NCBI GenBank assembly: GCA_049976205.1
Contig: JBMFIR010000004.1
Span: 1,213-65,212 of the forward strand
DNA from: Sulfolobales archaeon
GTDB lineage: Archaea > Thermoproteota > Thermoprotei_A > Sulfolobales > AG1
Length of the DNA stretch: 64,000 nt
Direction of reading: 5' to 3'
Shown: piece by piece, positions 8,590-17,913 of the stretch
Position numbering within the stretch: the stretch's first letter is position 1
Layout: every line of letters begins with the position of its first letter
Translations under genes and position numbers: made by a program
Notes under the pieces: model-generated
Databases searched by the model: none
Seen by the model: the letters and a program-made list of their open reading frames with translations, nothing else
What the model was told of the DNA's origin: nothing

Positions 8590-9252
8590 GTGATGAGAGT
8601 ATTATCTGAAGACGAGAAACAGCGTTTGATAAAGACTCTTGAGGAGGATAGAGAATTCAGATATGCTTTAATGGGCTTATTAGGATTTAAAGAAATCCTG
8701 GATCGCATCACTCGAATCGAAGAAAGACAGCAGAAACTAGAGGAGAGACAGCAGGAATTAGAGGAGAGAATGATCAAACTAGAAGAAAGAATGATCAAGC
8801 TAGAGGAGAGAATGATTGAGCTTGCGGAGAGACAACAAAAGCTGGAGGAGAGAATGATTCAGGTTGAGACTGAGTTGATCTATGTCAGGAGATTATCAGA
8901 ATTAAATAGGAGAGATATATCTGCTATTTCCGAGGCTCTTTATAGTAGATGGGTTTTAGAGACAGTTGAAAAAGAGATCTCAGCTAAGGGAGAGAGAATA
9001 GTTGGTGTCTACAGAAATTATGTTGTAAAAGACAAGGAAATAGATCTTGTGATAGAGACAGATCAAAGCATTTATTGTGTGGAGGTTAAGATTCAGCCGA
9101 ATCATCATGACATAGATGATCTCTTAAATAAAGCTGAGACCCTGAGAAACATATTTAAGAAACAGATCATACCTATTTTAGTGGGTTCTTGGATAGGTAG
9201 AGAAACAATTGAGTATGCGAAAAACAAACATGTTAGAGTAATTACATATTAG
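8590..9252 (+). CDS. coiled-coil protein with C-terminal PD-(D/E)xK nuclease-like domain (DUF3782-like)
   Basis: Seven LEERQQK/LEERMIK heptads are followed by KEIDLVIETD...YCVEVKIQ, a D...E-x-K motif. Confidence 0.5.
   Translation: MMRVLSEDEKQRLIKTLEEDREFRYALMGLLGFKEILDRITRIEERQQKLEERQQELEERMIKLEERMIKLEERMIELAERQQKLEERMIQVETELIYVRRLSELNRRDISAISEALYSRWVLETVEKEISAKGERIVGVYRNYVVKDKEIDLVIETDQSIYCVEVKIQPNHHDIDDLLNKAETLRNIFKKQIIPILVGSWIGRETIEYAKNKHVRVITY
8716..8865 (+). repeat. 7 x 21-bp in-frame tandem repeat (heptad coiled coil)
   Basis: gaagaaagacagcagaaacta / gaggagagacagcaggaatta / gaggagagaatgatcaaacta and further units. The protein reads IEERQQK LEERQQE LEERMIK LEERMIK LEERMIE LAERQQK LEERMIQ. 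Confidence 0.9.
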
Positions 9253-9384
9253 AGAGCCAAAAACTATCTATTAATGAGATTTCCTTCAAAACATTAATTA
9301 GATATTATTTATCGTCATAATCACAATAACACTTTTTAAATATCTCATCAACTTTAATCACCTCTACCACTAGGTAGATCTAGA

Positions 9385-10572
9385 TCATTTCTGCTGATCA
9401 CATCTTCCTATTTTAGTAAGTAATAGAATTGCCATAATGAATAGATTAATTACAAAGTACAGTAGAGACAGTACTTTGTCTATCGAGCTATAATCTGCAT
9501 TTACTGATTGTACTAATTCTTGCCAAGCTCTTCCTAATAACACCTCTATTGAGTACAGTGTTAAAAGAAACATATTTTTATTCGAAAATATGTATACGTA
9601 AGCGATCGGGAGAGTCCACATTATATACTCAGGGAAATTAAGTGGGGAAAACAGGTAAAATAGAGTTAGTGCTATAATAATTCTCTCGTATAAAAATTTC
9701 TCTCTACATACTCTACCCATATATAAAGCAGAGAGAACTGGTACTAAAACAGCTAGTAGAGCAAATAATGTGATTAAATGATCGCTATATTGTGCGATGA
9801 TCTTATAAATTGATAAGCCCCCGATTCTATCTGTATGCACTAGATATGCTCTATAAATCATTTCAGGCCCATAGAATACGTAGCCTATGAATAAGATGAT
9901 CGCCGAGAGCAATATATAAGAAAGCAAGTAAGTAAATCCCCTATCTAAACCTGAGAGCATAGGGATCGAATATATTGATGAGGTGATCTTAGTCATTGTT
10001 GAGATAGACATTATAGTAATTGATAAAGAATGCTTCCTCAAGATAATTGTGAGAAGAGATAATATTCCCAAGGCTCCAATTATCAGATCATCTATTTGAG
10101 TTAGTCCAATACCGTAGTAGTGGATCGCTGGATTAAGAGATATAATAAGTGAATATATTAAGGCTCTATCTCTAGTGAACCCGTGATGAAGAAAGATTCT
10201 GTAGAGAGAATAGAGTATGAGTAATAAAAGAAATTCTCCGTATAAAACTAGACCCAGATCACTAGGGAGAAGTGCTATAGGAGAAATTAGTATTGGGTAC
10301 ATAGGACCATAGTAGCTTGGGTACTGTGAAGTGTATGGATTCACTCCCTTTAGAACACTGCTAGAGACATCAATTATATACTTAGCATCAACTCTAGAAA
10401 CAATATAATCACGAATATAAAAGTACCCAAACACAGATAATAGAAAAATCACTATAAGAAACACAAGTAGAGCTCTCAATCGCTTAATTCTTTTTTCCAT
10501 AAGCAGAAATATCAGGGTTAAGAGAACATAAACCACAAATAGAAGTGAAATTAAGCTTCTCCCCGACAACAC
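9385..10572 (-). CDS. polytopic membrane protein, putative GT-C type glycosyl/mannosyltransferase (DUF2029/PIG-M-like)
   Basis: 395 aa with >10 TM segments. The loop motif LKGVNPYTSQYPSYYGPMYP resembles the N-terminal loop of DUF2029/GPI-mannosyltransferase families. Confidence 0.4.
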   Translation of the reverse strand: MLSGRSLISLLFVVYVLLTLIFLLMEKRIKRLRALLVFLIVIFLLSVFGYFYIRDYIVSRVDAKYIIDVSSSVLKGVNPYTSQYPSYYGPMYPILISPIALLPSDLGLVLYGEFLLLLILYSLYRIFLHHGFTRDRALIYSLIISLNPAIHYYGIGLTQIDDLIIGALGILSLLTIILRKHSLSITIMSISTMTKITSSIYSIPMLSGLDRGFTYLLSYILLSAIILFIGYVFYGPEMIYRAYLVHTDRIGGLSIYKIIAQYSDHLITLFALLAVLVPVLSALYMGRVCREKFLYERIIIALTLFYLFSPLNFPEYIMWTLPIAYVYIFSNKNMFLLTLYSIEVLLGRAWQELVQSVNADYSSIDKVLSLLYFVINLFIMAILLLTKIGRCDQQK

Positions 10573-10718
10573 CCTTAATCACTTACCCAAGGCATATTAA
10601 GCAACAGTATTTAAACGTATTCTTAGAGATCCACAGATCATTAGATAGTACTTTACCCCGATAGCTCTAAACCTTAATTTTATAGATAAGATACCCAATT
10701 TGTAAATATTCCTAGAGA

Positions 10719-11276
10719 GTGTCTTTAGTGAAGATTTGTGTTGGTAGTAAAAATCCTTCTAAGATCCGTGGAGTCGAGAAAGCATTTAAACTACTAGTCG
10801 GAGACGTTAATACATTAGGATTTGATGTGAAAGGTTTAATACCTCAACCAATTGGATTAGATCAAATAATAAACTCCGCTAAATACAGAGTAGAGAAGGT
10901 CAAAGAATTAGATCCTGAATGTGATTTTTATGTGGGGATTGAGGCAGGCTTAATCGAGTTGAGAGAAGGTAGATTTTTCGATGTTCATGTCGCGTACATA
11001 GTTGATAGAGAAGGCAATGTGTATTATGGATTGTCACCTGCTTTTGAGATCCCCAGGAGATTTGTTGAGAAAATATTATCTGGTGAATACAGAGAACTTG
11101 AGGAGATCGTGGATTCATACTTCGGCACTAAGAATATTGGGGAGACAGGTGGTTTCATAAGTCTTTTAACGAGGAAGAGAATTATTCGAGAGGAATTAAT
11201 CTATTACTCAGTGACCACGGCACTAATTCCGTTCTTAAATAAATGGTTGTATAAAAATGATTCTTTGAAGAAGTAA
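10719..11276 (+). CDS. yjjX: inosine/xanthosine triphosphatase (DUF84, YjjX-like non-canonical NTPase)
   Basis: KICVGSKNPSKIRGVEKAF...PQPIG...DFYVGIEAG...GFISLLT...R is collinear with E. coli YjjX. Confidence 0.8.
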   Translation: MSLVKICVGSKNPSKIRGVEKAFKLLVGDVNTLGFDVKGLIPQPIGLDQIINSAKYRVEKVKELDPECDFYVGIEAGLIELREGRFFDVHVAYIVDREGNVYYGLSPAFEIPRRFVEKILSGEYRELEEIVDSYFGTKNIGETGGFISLLTRKRIIREELIYYSVTTALIPFLNKWLYKNDSLKK

Positions 11277-11753
11277 TTCCTTATTTATCCTATATCTTCT
11301 CGAAATAATTTCCTCAAAGCCGTTTTGAAGAGATTTACTTAGAAAACTACTATGCGTAAGTATCTCTTTAATATGATCAGTGCCGTGAGACGTCGAGGAT
11401 CTCGAGGATAGAGAAGTAAAGATTCACTCTCCCCTAAACACACTATGTCTTTAGGTTCTCTTCAAGGAGTCTTTAAGTAAGTTATTAAAGTTTTCATCGA
11501 GTAGTGCCATGGCTCCGGCATTAATGGATAATGCCACGGCATACTGTATAAACTCATCACTATCTAGATATGTCTCTAACGCTATTTATACAGCTTTAAT
11601 TTTCTCGTTAATTGAGACTTTCATACGCTGCGAGACATAGTAATGTTTTACTTAATAGGTTTACCAAGCGGCATCATAGATTTCGTATATCAATATGCCT
11701 CATTAGTAATCTTTAAATAAATTTTTATGTTATAGATGCCTTGAGGGATAATT

Positions 11754-12689
11754 ATGAGTTTTGATCCGAGGGAATTCTATTTAAGAGCAGTTGATGAGAT
11801 CCGTAGAGTGGTTGGTGAAGAAAGAGCTATAGCAGCATGCTCAGGTGGTGTTGATAGCACTGTTTCTGCTATTATCGCTAAGAGAGCAATTGGTGATAAA
11901 CTGATTCCTGTCTATATTGATGATGGTTTTAGAAGAATTGGTGAACCTGAGAACGTGGTTAAGCTACTGAGAGGTATTGGTCTTGATGTGAGATTTATTG
12001 ATGCAAGGAAAGAGTTTTTAGATGCTTTAAGAGGTGTTAGAGATGCTGAGGAGAAGAGAAAGATCTTTAGACACGTCTTCTACACAGTTCTTGGTAGAGT
12101 GGCTAGGGAGTATGGTGCTAAGTATCTTGTTCAGGGAACTATAGCAGCTGATGTTATAGAGACTCAGAGAGGTATTAAGACACAACATAATGTGCTTAAA
12201 CAGATTGGATTAGATCCCAGGACCTATGGTTTCGAGGTAATTGAGCCTCTAAAAGATCTTTTTAAGCCACAAGTTAGGGAATTAGCTAAGTTCCTTGGTT
12301 TGCCTAAGGAGATCTGGGCTAAAATGCCTTTCCCAGGACCAGGATTAATGATTAGGGTCGTGGGGGAGGTTACTGAGGAGAAGCTTCAGATAGCTAAGAT
12401 CGCTAATAAAATCGTTGAGGAGGAATTAAGTGAACAAAACTACTTCCAGGTATTTGCTGCTGTGTTAAGCGATAAGGTAACTGGTGTAAGAGAAGGATCC
12501 AGGGTCTACGGCTACGCGGTGGTTGTGAGAGCTGTGTTAAGCGAAGACGCTATGACTGCCAAAGCCGCTGAGATACCCTACGACAAACTCAAGAGAATCG
12601 CTGAGAGAATAATTAGAGAGGCACCGGGAGTAGCTAGAGTACTCTACGACATAACAGATAAACCACCAGCAACAATAGAGTACGAGTAG
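11754..12689 (+). CDS. guaA: GMP synthase [glutamine-hydrolysing] subunit B (ATP pyrophosphatase)
   Basis: ACSGGVDSTVSA PP-loop, QGTIAADVIE, and C-terminal YDITDKPPATIEYE. At 311 aa it has the length of the archaeal split GuaA-B. Confidence 0.85.
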   Translation: MSFDPREFYLRAVDEIRRVVGEERAIAACSGGVDSTVSAIIAKRAIGDKLIPVYIDDGFRRIGEPENVVKLLRGIGLDVRFIDARKEFLDALRGVRDAEEKRKIFRHVFYTVLGRVAREYGAKYLVQGTIAADVIETQRGIKTQHNVLKQIGLDPRTYGFEVIEPLKDLFKPQVRELAKFLGLPKEIWAKMPFPGPGLMIRVVGEVTEEKLQIAKIANKIVEEELSEQNYFQVFAAVLSDKVTGVREGSRVYGYAVVVRAVLSEDAMTAKAAEIPYDKLKRIAERIIREAPGVARVLYDITDKPPATIEYE

Positions 12690-12737
12690 AATAACTTATC
12701 CGAAATCTTTTTTGTCTCATAATAAAATCTATGAATA

Positions 12738-12816
12738 GGGGCCCGTAGCTCAGCCAGGATAGAGCGCTGGCCTCCTAAGCCAGTGGTCCGGGGTTCAAAT
12801 CCCCGCGGGCCCGCCA
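12738..12816 (+). tRNA. tRNA-Arg (anticodon CCT), CCA encoded
   Basis: Cloverleaf: acceptor GGGCCCG/CGGGCCC, D arm GCTC-AGCCAGGATA-GAGC, anticodon stem CTGGC/GCCAG with loop CTCCTAA, T arm CGGGG-TTCAAAT-CCCCG, discriminator G, then CCA. Confidence 0.9.
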
Positions 12817-12906
12817 CATCACGAAACAATTATTTTCGCATCTCATTAACTGTTAATATTTATTAGTCTCACCTATACAATAAGTATATTGGTTGTGTCC
12901 TCTAGT

Positions 12907-13039
12907 GGGCCCGTAGCTCAGCTAGGTAGAGCGGCGGGCTCCAGTCCACGCGGGTCTATAGACCCCTTGTGGGGGATGATAGAGGACTGGAGCAGGAGAG
13001 ACCCGCAGGTCGGGGGTTCAAATCCCTCCGGGCCCACCA
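12907..13039 (+). tRNA. tRNA-Trp (anticodon CCA) with 56-nt intron (12945-13000) at canonical 37/38 position, CCA encoded
   Basis: Acceptor GGGCCCG/CGGGCCC, D arm GCTC-AGCTAGGTA-GAGC, anticodon stem GCGGG(12934-38)/CCCGC(13002-06), spliced loop CTCCAGA, T arm GGGGG-TTCAAAT-CCCTC. The central BHB helix CTCC(12939-42)/GGAG(12995-98) is flanked by 3-nt bulges. Confidence 0.85.
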
Positions 13040-13093
13040 CATCTCGGGAAGGCTCCTAAAGACATCTTTATTTCTTTTTAATGAATTTTTTAA

Positions 13094-13936
13094 ATGGGTG
13101 CTCTGATAGTAGTCTCTAGAAATACCGAGAATTCTTCTGAGGAGGTTCTGATAGATACTCATTTCATAGTTTCTAGAATAATTAATAGATATATTGCTCT
13201 TCCAAACGACCCTGTTTTTGAGAGATATGTTGTTTCTTGGCTTCAGGTTTTCAGAGATAACCTGTGGAGACTATGCGATAGGCCCTCAGGTCTATGTAGC
13301 TTAGATAGATTCAATGGCGCTCTCGAGATCTTTATTAAGTCCTATAGAGATTTTCTCTATAACACTGGCGCCTCTATCGAGGTTAAGGAGAAGGTCTACT
13401 CCTATGTTAGGGAGATAATAGATCAATTAATTGAGTACATTAGAAAAAGCTACCCTAGGTACGAGCCTCCTGTATCTATTGATAAACCAGATAAGTATCG
13501 TATTGAGCTAAATATGAGGAATATAAGGGATCAGGATCTGAGAAAAATGATTCTTGAGATACAAGGCTCAGAGGGCATAGTGAGTAGATACGAGCTTCGG
13601 AGAAACAGAGAGGTTCTTGAGCTCCCAGTCGGGACGTATCAGATCAGGGTTATTAGTGGTGATAAAGAAATCTATAGAGATGTTTTAAAGGTTTATAGAG
13701 ATAGCTCGTTATCGATTGATCTCGCTGGAGAGATCATTAAGAGACACGAGACGTCCCCGAGGCAGATTATCCATGCTGGTAGAGAAATAGTGATTCAAAT
13801 ACCTAGGAGAAAGTCTTCGGCGAGTAAGATCAGGATTAGAAGACTTATTAATTACTTATCTCGGCTAGATATTATAGCTCTAATACTTCTCATAATCCTT
13901 CTGATAATTGATTTAATAATAATATTTCTTAAATAA
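13094..13936 (+). CDS. hypothetical protein with C-terminal transmembrane anchor
   Basis: 280-aa ORF. The C-terminal LDIIALILLIILLIIDLIIIFLK is hydrophobic. No recognisable motif. Confidence 0.4.
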   Translation: MGALIVVSRNTENSSEEVLIDTHFIVSRIINRYIALPNDPVFERYVVSWLQVFRDNLWRLCDRPSGLCSLDRFNGALEIFIKSYRDFLYNTGASIEVKEKVYSYVREIIDQLIEYIRKSYPRYEPPVSIDKPDKYRIELNMRNIRDQDLRKMILEIQGSEGIVSRYELRRNREVLELPVGTYQIRVISGDKEIYRDVLKVYRDSSLSIDLAGEIIKRHETSPRQIIHAGREIVIQIPRRKSSASKIRIRRLINYLSRLDIIALILLIILLIIDLIIIFLK

Positions 13937-13978
13937 GAAATAAAGCTTATTAGGTTCCTCTTCGAATAATTCTATCAC

Positions 13979-14776
13979 TTGGTGAGATTTACGAAAAATG
14001 ATTCTGAGAAGATCCATGTAGTGATCATATATTCATCACCTAGACAATACGGAAATACAGCAAAGATCTCTAAATACTTAGAGGAGTTTCTGAGAGACTT
14101 AGGTGCTGAGGTTAAGATGTTTAATGTATTTAATATGAGAATAGAGCCTTGTTTAGGATGTGTATCTGATGATGTTAAGCTATGCAAATTCCCGTGCGTG
14201 ATTAACGATGATGCAAGGAAAATATTTGAGGCTATTGATGAGAGTATTGGTCTAATAATTGTTTCACCTATATACTGGTATAATGTGCCTGGTCCTCTAA
14301 AGAATCTTATTGATAGATTAACAGTTTTTGAGAACGAGATATTTATCTCGGGTAGAAGTAGATTAGAGGGTAAGGTAGTGGGTTTCGTGGTGGTGGGTAA
14401 CGATACTGGCTCAATTGCGGTGCTACAGAATCTTATGATAACTATGAATAGTATGGGTGCTGTGATTCCTCCGTGGGCAATAGCTTATCACACTGATGAA
14501 GAAGATCCTTTCAATAACTCGAGTTTTGTGATGGATCTAGCTAATGTAGCTAGAGCTGTTTATTTAATGAGTAAGCTTATGATAGATACAAAGAGCTACA
14601 TGATTAATTGGTATGCTGCATCTGAGGATTTCAAGAAAAAATCATTTGAATTAGTGGAGAAGATTAATAAGATCTATGAAGATCTCTATGAGAAAGAGAG
14701 GAGTAGTAGAATAAGGTTCATCCAAGAAAAATACTTAGGTAAATTCACTACAAAGACTTCTACCAGTAGATACTAG
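13979..14776 (+). CDS. NADPH-dependent FMN reductase family flavoprotein (iron-sulfur flavoprotein-like)
   Basis: VVIIYSSPRQYGNTAKI flavodoxin-like N-terminus, Cys cluster CLGCVSDDVKLCKFPC, and SPIYWYNVPGPLKNLIDR. Confidence 0.6.
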   Translation: MVRFTKNDSEKIHVVIIYSSPRQYGNTAKISKYLEEFLRDLGAEVKMFNVFNMRIEPCLGCVSDDVKLCKFPCVINDDARKIFEAIDESIGLIIVSPIYWYNVPGPLKNLIDRLTVFENEIFISGRSRLEGKVVGFVVVGNDTGSIAVLQNLMITMNSMGAVIPPWAIAYHTDEEDPFNNSSFVMDLANVARAVYLMSKLMIDTKSYMINWYAASEDFKKKSFELVEKINKIYEDLYEKERSSRIRFIQEKYLGKFTTKTSTSRY

Positions 14777-14871
14777 GGTAAAGCAAGAATCAATATTAAG
14801 AAATATTTCATGGAGATTAAGCTTATTAGCTTTTTCAACTGTAAGAATTTAATTGGCGAGATACTCGCGGT

Positions 14872-15828
14872 ATGGATAGTGGAGACTCAAACTCTGAGGA
14901 TGATTCGTCTAGTGAAGTTTATATTACAAAAGCATCTTTACATGATCTTAATGATATTCTAAGGATCTATGACGAGAGTAGAAAGTTCCTAGATGACGAA
15001 GACGAAGAATGGTTCAGAAGTATAATTAAGAGTAGAAGTAGAAGGATCAATTTATATACTCTCAGAATCAATGGAGGATCAGTTGTAGGGTTTACTGTAT
15101 TATATAAAAATAAGCGTAGAAAGAGTGTATATATTGATTCCCTGGCTCTAGATATGAGTTATAGAGGAAGAGGATTAGGTAAAGTATTTCTTGAGAAATT
15201 AGAGGATTTATTTAGAAAAGAAGGATTCGAAAAAATCTACTTAACAGTTAAACATAATAACTTGAGAGCACTATCTCTCTACCTAAAGAAAGGTTTTAGA
15301 ATAAAGAATCTCGTCTTGATCCTTGGTTTAGAGGATCTTGATAAGATATTTAGAGAAAGTAGCAACATGTTGAATAAAGAGTTAAGTAATGGATATAGAT
15401 ATAAAATAAGTCTTGGTTCAATGAATGACAGAAGGATCCTTAGTAAAGCACTTCTCGAAACAGCAATGTGGAATAGATTTACTGGAGAACCAGATGAAAT
15501 TGTTTATAAGAGGAGTGGAGAAGAAAGAATTATTCTCAAAATATATAGAGGAAGAAAAATGATTGGCTTAGCCTCAATAAACCTTGAGAGAGAAGGCTTA
15601 TTCATAGAGAGATTAGCTGTTGTTTTTAATAGACCCTCTGAAGCAATATTCGTATTACTAAAAGCTATAGAGAAGATCTCTGATTACTTAGGCGTAGCCC
15701 CCAAAACATTACTAATCCCTGTAGACGCCTCAAAGAACACTATCCTAGATTCTTTACTCGAGAAAGGCTTCAGAATAATTGATACAGAATATGTTGTTAT
15801 TAAAGATCTTCGTGAAGACGCATCGTAA
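14872..15828 (+). CDS. GNAT family N-acetyltransferase (two-domain)
   Basis: LALDMSYRGRGLGKVFLEKL is the acetyl-CoA binding motif A (Q/RxxGxG/A). A second GNAT-like half follows. Confidence 0.7.
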   Translation: MDSGDSNSEDDSSSEVYITKASLHDLNDILRIYDESRKFLDDEDEEWFRSIIKSRSRRINLYTLRINGGSVVGFTVLYKNKRRKSVYIDSLALDMSYRGRGLGKVFLEKLEDLFRKEGFEKIYLTVKHNNLRALSLYLKKGFRIKNLVLILGLEDLDKIFRESSNMLNKELSNGYRYKISLGSMNDRRILSKALLETAMWNRFTGEPDEIVYKRSGEERIILKIYRGRKMIGLASINLEREGLFIERLAVVFNRPSEAIFVLLKAIEKISDYLGVAPKTLLIPVDASKNTILDSLLEKGFRIIDTEYVVIKDLREDAS

Positions 15829-15924
15829 CCACATTTCAACATCAATAATCGCTTTTTCACACAGTAATTACTCAGTGCAATAATATATAGCTTCACTAAA
15901 ATATTTATTTGGTGATGCAAGAGT

Positions 15925-16245
15925 TTGAGTAAAAAGAAGGAGGAAGCTTCAGCTTCAAGAGAACTTCTTTTACCAACCGAGGGACAGATCGTGTGTGTTG
16001 TCACTGAGATAATAGGTGCTGATTGGGTAAAGATGCTTTGTGCTGATGGTGTTGAGAGAATGGGTAGGATCCCCGGCAAGTTCAGAAGAAAAGTATGGAT
16101 TGCTCCCGGAGACTTAGTGCTAGCTGCTCCATGGGATTATCAGAAGAATAAAGCAGATGTATTATATAGATATGAGAGAGATGAGAGAAAAAGAATTATT
16201 GAGATGGGGTATATATCTAAGGAGATCCTGGATCTAGTCTCGTAG
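15925..16245 (+). CDS. eif1a: translation initiation factor aIF-1A
   Basis: LPTEGQIVCVVTEIIGADWVKMLCADGVERMGRIPGKFRRKVWIAPGDLVLAAPWDYQ is the canonical S1-like OB fold of aIF-1A. Confidence 0.9.
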   Translation: MSKKKEEASASRELLLPTEGQIVCVVTEIIGADWVKMLCADGVERMGRIPGKFRRKVWIAPGDLVLAAPWDYQKNKADVLYRYERDERKRIIEMGYISKEILDLVS

Positions 16246-16249
16246 AAAA

Positions 16250-17317
16250 CTATATATCAGCTACCGTAGCGGAGCCGAATCTTCCGAGATCTATTATAGT
16301 ACCAGGCTCTCTATCAACTGGTATTACTCTGAAACCCAAAGCTCTTCTCTTGATCCTGTACACCGTTAATAGATCCAGTACAAACTTCTCTATAGAGAAC
16401 TTCTTTCTAGGAACAACAATCATATCGACACCAACTATACAGTAAGGAGTTAATCTAAGCAGTTTTGTTAGTGTTAATTTACCCTCAGTAACTCTCTTCT
16501 TAAGAATATTATCCTCCTCCACAGGAAGCATTACTTCATTGAAACCTGTTTTGGAGATTCCTGAGATCGATATTATTTCCTCGATAAATCTATTCATTCT
16601 ATATATAGTGTGAGCCACTCCTGGAGAATCTAATGTCTCTCTCGAGTACTTCTCTACTAATTCGGCAACGCTCTCCTCCATCCACGGAGAAAGACTAGCG
16701 TCTATACCCCCATATCTCACACCGATTTCGTAAGCGATTTCTCTAGCTGATGAATCTAGATCTCTTAACCACTTAATTAACTCCTTGTACCCCTCTCCTC
16801 CTCCGAAACCTTTATCAAAGAGATCCACATATCTAAGAGCGAGAGTTACAGTTGCTTCATTAACTAGAGAGGGACTTGAGGGGAAGTATGGGGTCATCAC
16901 CCACTCACCTACTACTCCGGCGAATCTTGTGTAGACATCATATTGCTCAGCTGAGTAAAACTGCCTCAGGATCTGGAGGATCTTGTCTAGATAATCCTCC
17001 GTGATAAGCATTGTTGAGAAAGTGTTTCTTAAACTAATCATACACGCAAATAGATCTGTTCCAGATGGAGTGTTTCTCTCGCTAGGATCTATTACAAAAG
17101 CTGCTATGAAGTATTTACTGAGTGAGTCATAGTTCGAGTGTATATAGTCGCATACTTTATATATATTGTCTCTAGCTACTGGAAGAGAGATTCTTTTACT
17201 CCACACAGTATAACCTCTCCCGGAGAGTTTCGAGACAAATTTCTCGAGCAGATCTGTGTATTTAACAATTTTCTCGTAGTTGGGCAAGTGAATAGTTAAG
17301 CTTCTAATAATAGCCAT
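16250..17317 (-). CDS. conserved hypothetical protein (possibly DUF711/UPF0210-like)
   Basis: 355-aa ORF with good coding statistics. GGIDASLSPW is reminiscent of UPF0210. The family call is weak. Confidence 0.3.
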   Translation of the reverse strand: MAIIRSLTIHLPNYEKIVKYTDLLEKFVSKLSGRGYTVWSKRISLPVARDNIYKVCDYIHSNYDSLSKYFIAAFVIDPSERNTPSGTDLFACMISLRNTFSTMLITEDYLDKILQILRQFYSAEQYDVYTRFAGVVGEWVMTPYFPSSPSLVNEATVTLALRYVDLFDKGFGGGEGYKELIKWLRDLDSSAREIAYEIGVRYGGIDASLSPWMEESVAELVEKYSRETLDSPGVAHTIYRMNRFIEEIISISGISKTGFNEVMLPVEEDNILKKRVTEGKLTLTKLLRLTPYCIVGVDMIVVPRKKFSIEKFVLDLLTVYRIKRRALGFRVIPVDREPGTIIDLGRFGSATVADI

Positions 17318-17426
17318 TTATCATCAACCACATCTTCTATACCGAAACAAATATTTAAGTCTCTTAAGGTTCGGAGAAGAGATCTTATATTCTCCCATAC
17401 GCATTTCCGATAGGGATAAAGACATA

Positions 17427-17816
17427 ATGTTAATCGCGGCACCAGTACTTCAATCAAGTAGAGGATTATTTCTAAACACTCACTTCGGAAGATCACCACA
17501 GATAGCTCTTATAGAAATCGAGGGAAAGAGTTATAGAATAAAACAGATAATAGATAATCCCTATTGGCGAGGAAGGAGAGGAGAGAGAGTAAAGATTGTT
17601 GAAACAATATTAACACACGGAATCAATGCCGTATTAGCTATAGAATTAGGCTCAGGAGCATTCTACAAATTAACTAGAAGTGGTGTAAAGATCTATTATA
17701 TAGATACTAGGCAGCCAATGCCGCTAGAGGAGGCTTTGAAGAAATTTATAAATGGAGAAGTTATTGAAGGAAAAGAACCGAGAGAATTACATGAGGAGCA
17801 TGAAGAAGAGGAATAG
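17427..17816 (+). CDS. NifX/NifB-C-terminal-like (dinitrogenase FeMo-cofactor binding domain family) protein
   Basis: HFGRSPQIALIEIEG...GINAVLAIELGSGAFYKL matches the PF02579-type pattern HFG..p.f.i. Confidence 0.6.
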   Translation: MLIAAPVLQSSRGLFLNTHFGRSPQIALIEIEGKSYRIKQIIDNPYWRGRRGERVKIVETILTHGINAVLAIELGSGAFYKLTRSGVKIYYIDTRQPMPLEEALKKFINGEVIEGKEPRELHEEHEEEE

Positions 17817-17913
17817 AGCTAATTGTCATCATAAGATCCTGCTTATTAAATAAAAGATCTTTTTACACGATTTCATTTTTATTTACTAGCATTAATATAT
17901 AAGGTGAATTCTG

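Noticed and set aside
12945-13000. A box C/D guide RNA might lie inside the tRNA-Trp intron, as in Euryarchaeota.
   Set aside because: Only a degenerate GAUGAUA is present. There is no CUGA D or D' box and no K-turn-forming terminal arrangement.
12644-13162. ORFs 12644-12829 and 12956-13162 on the minus strand.
   Set aside because: They are translations through the two tRNA genes (GC-rich, stop-poor) and are not protein-coding.
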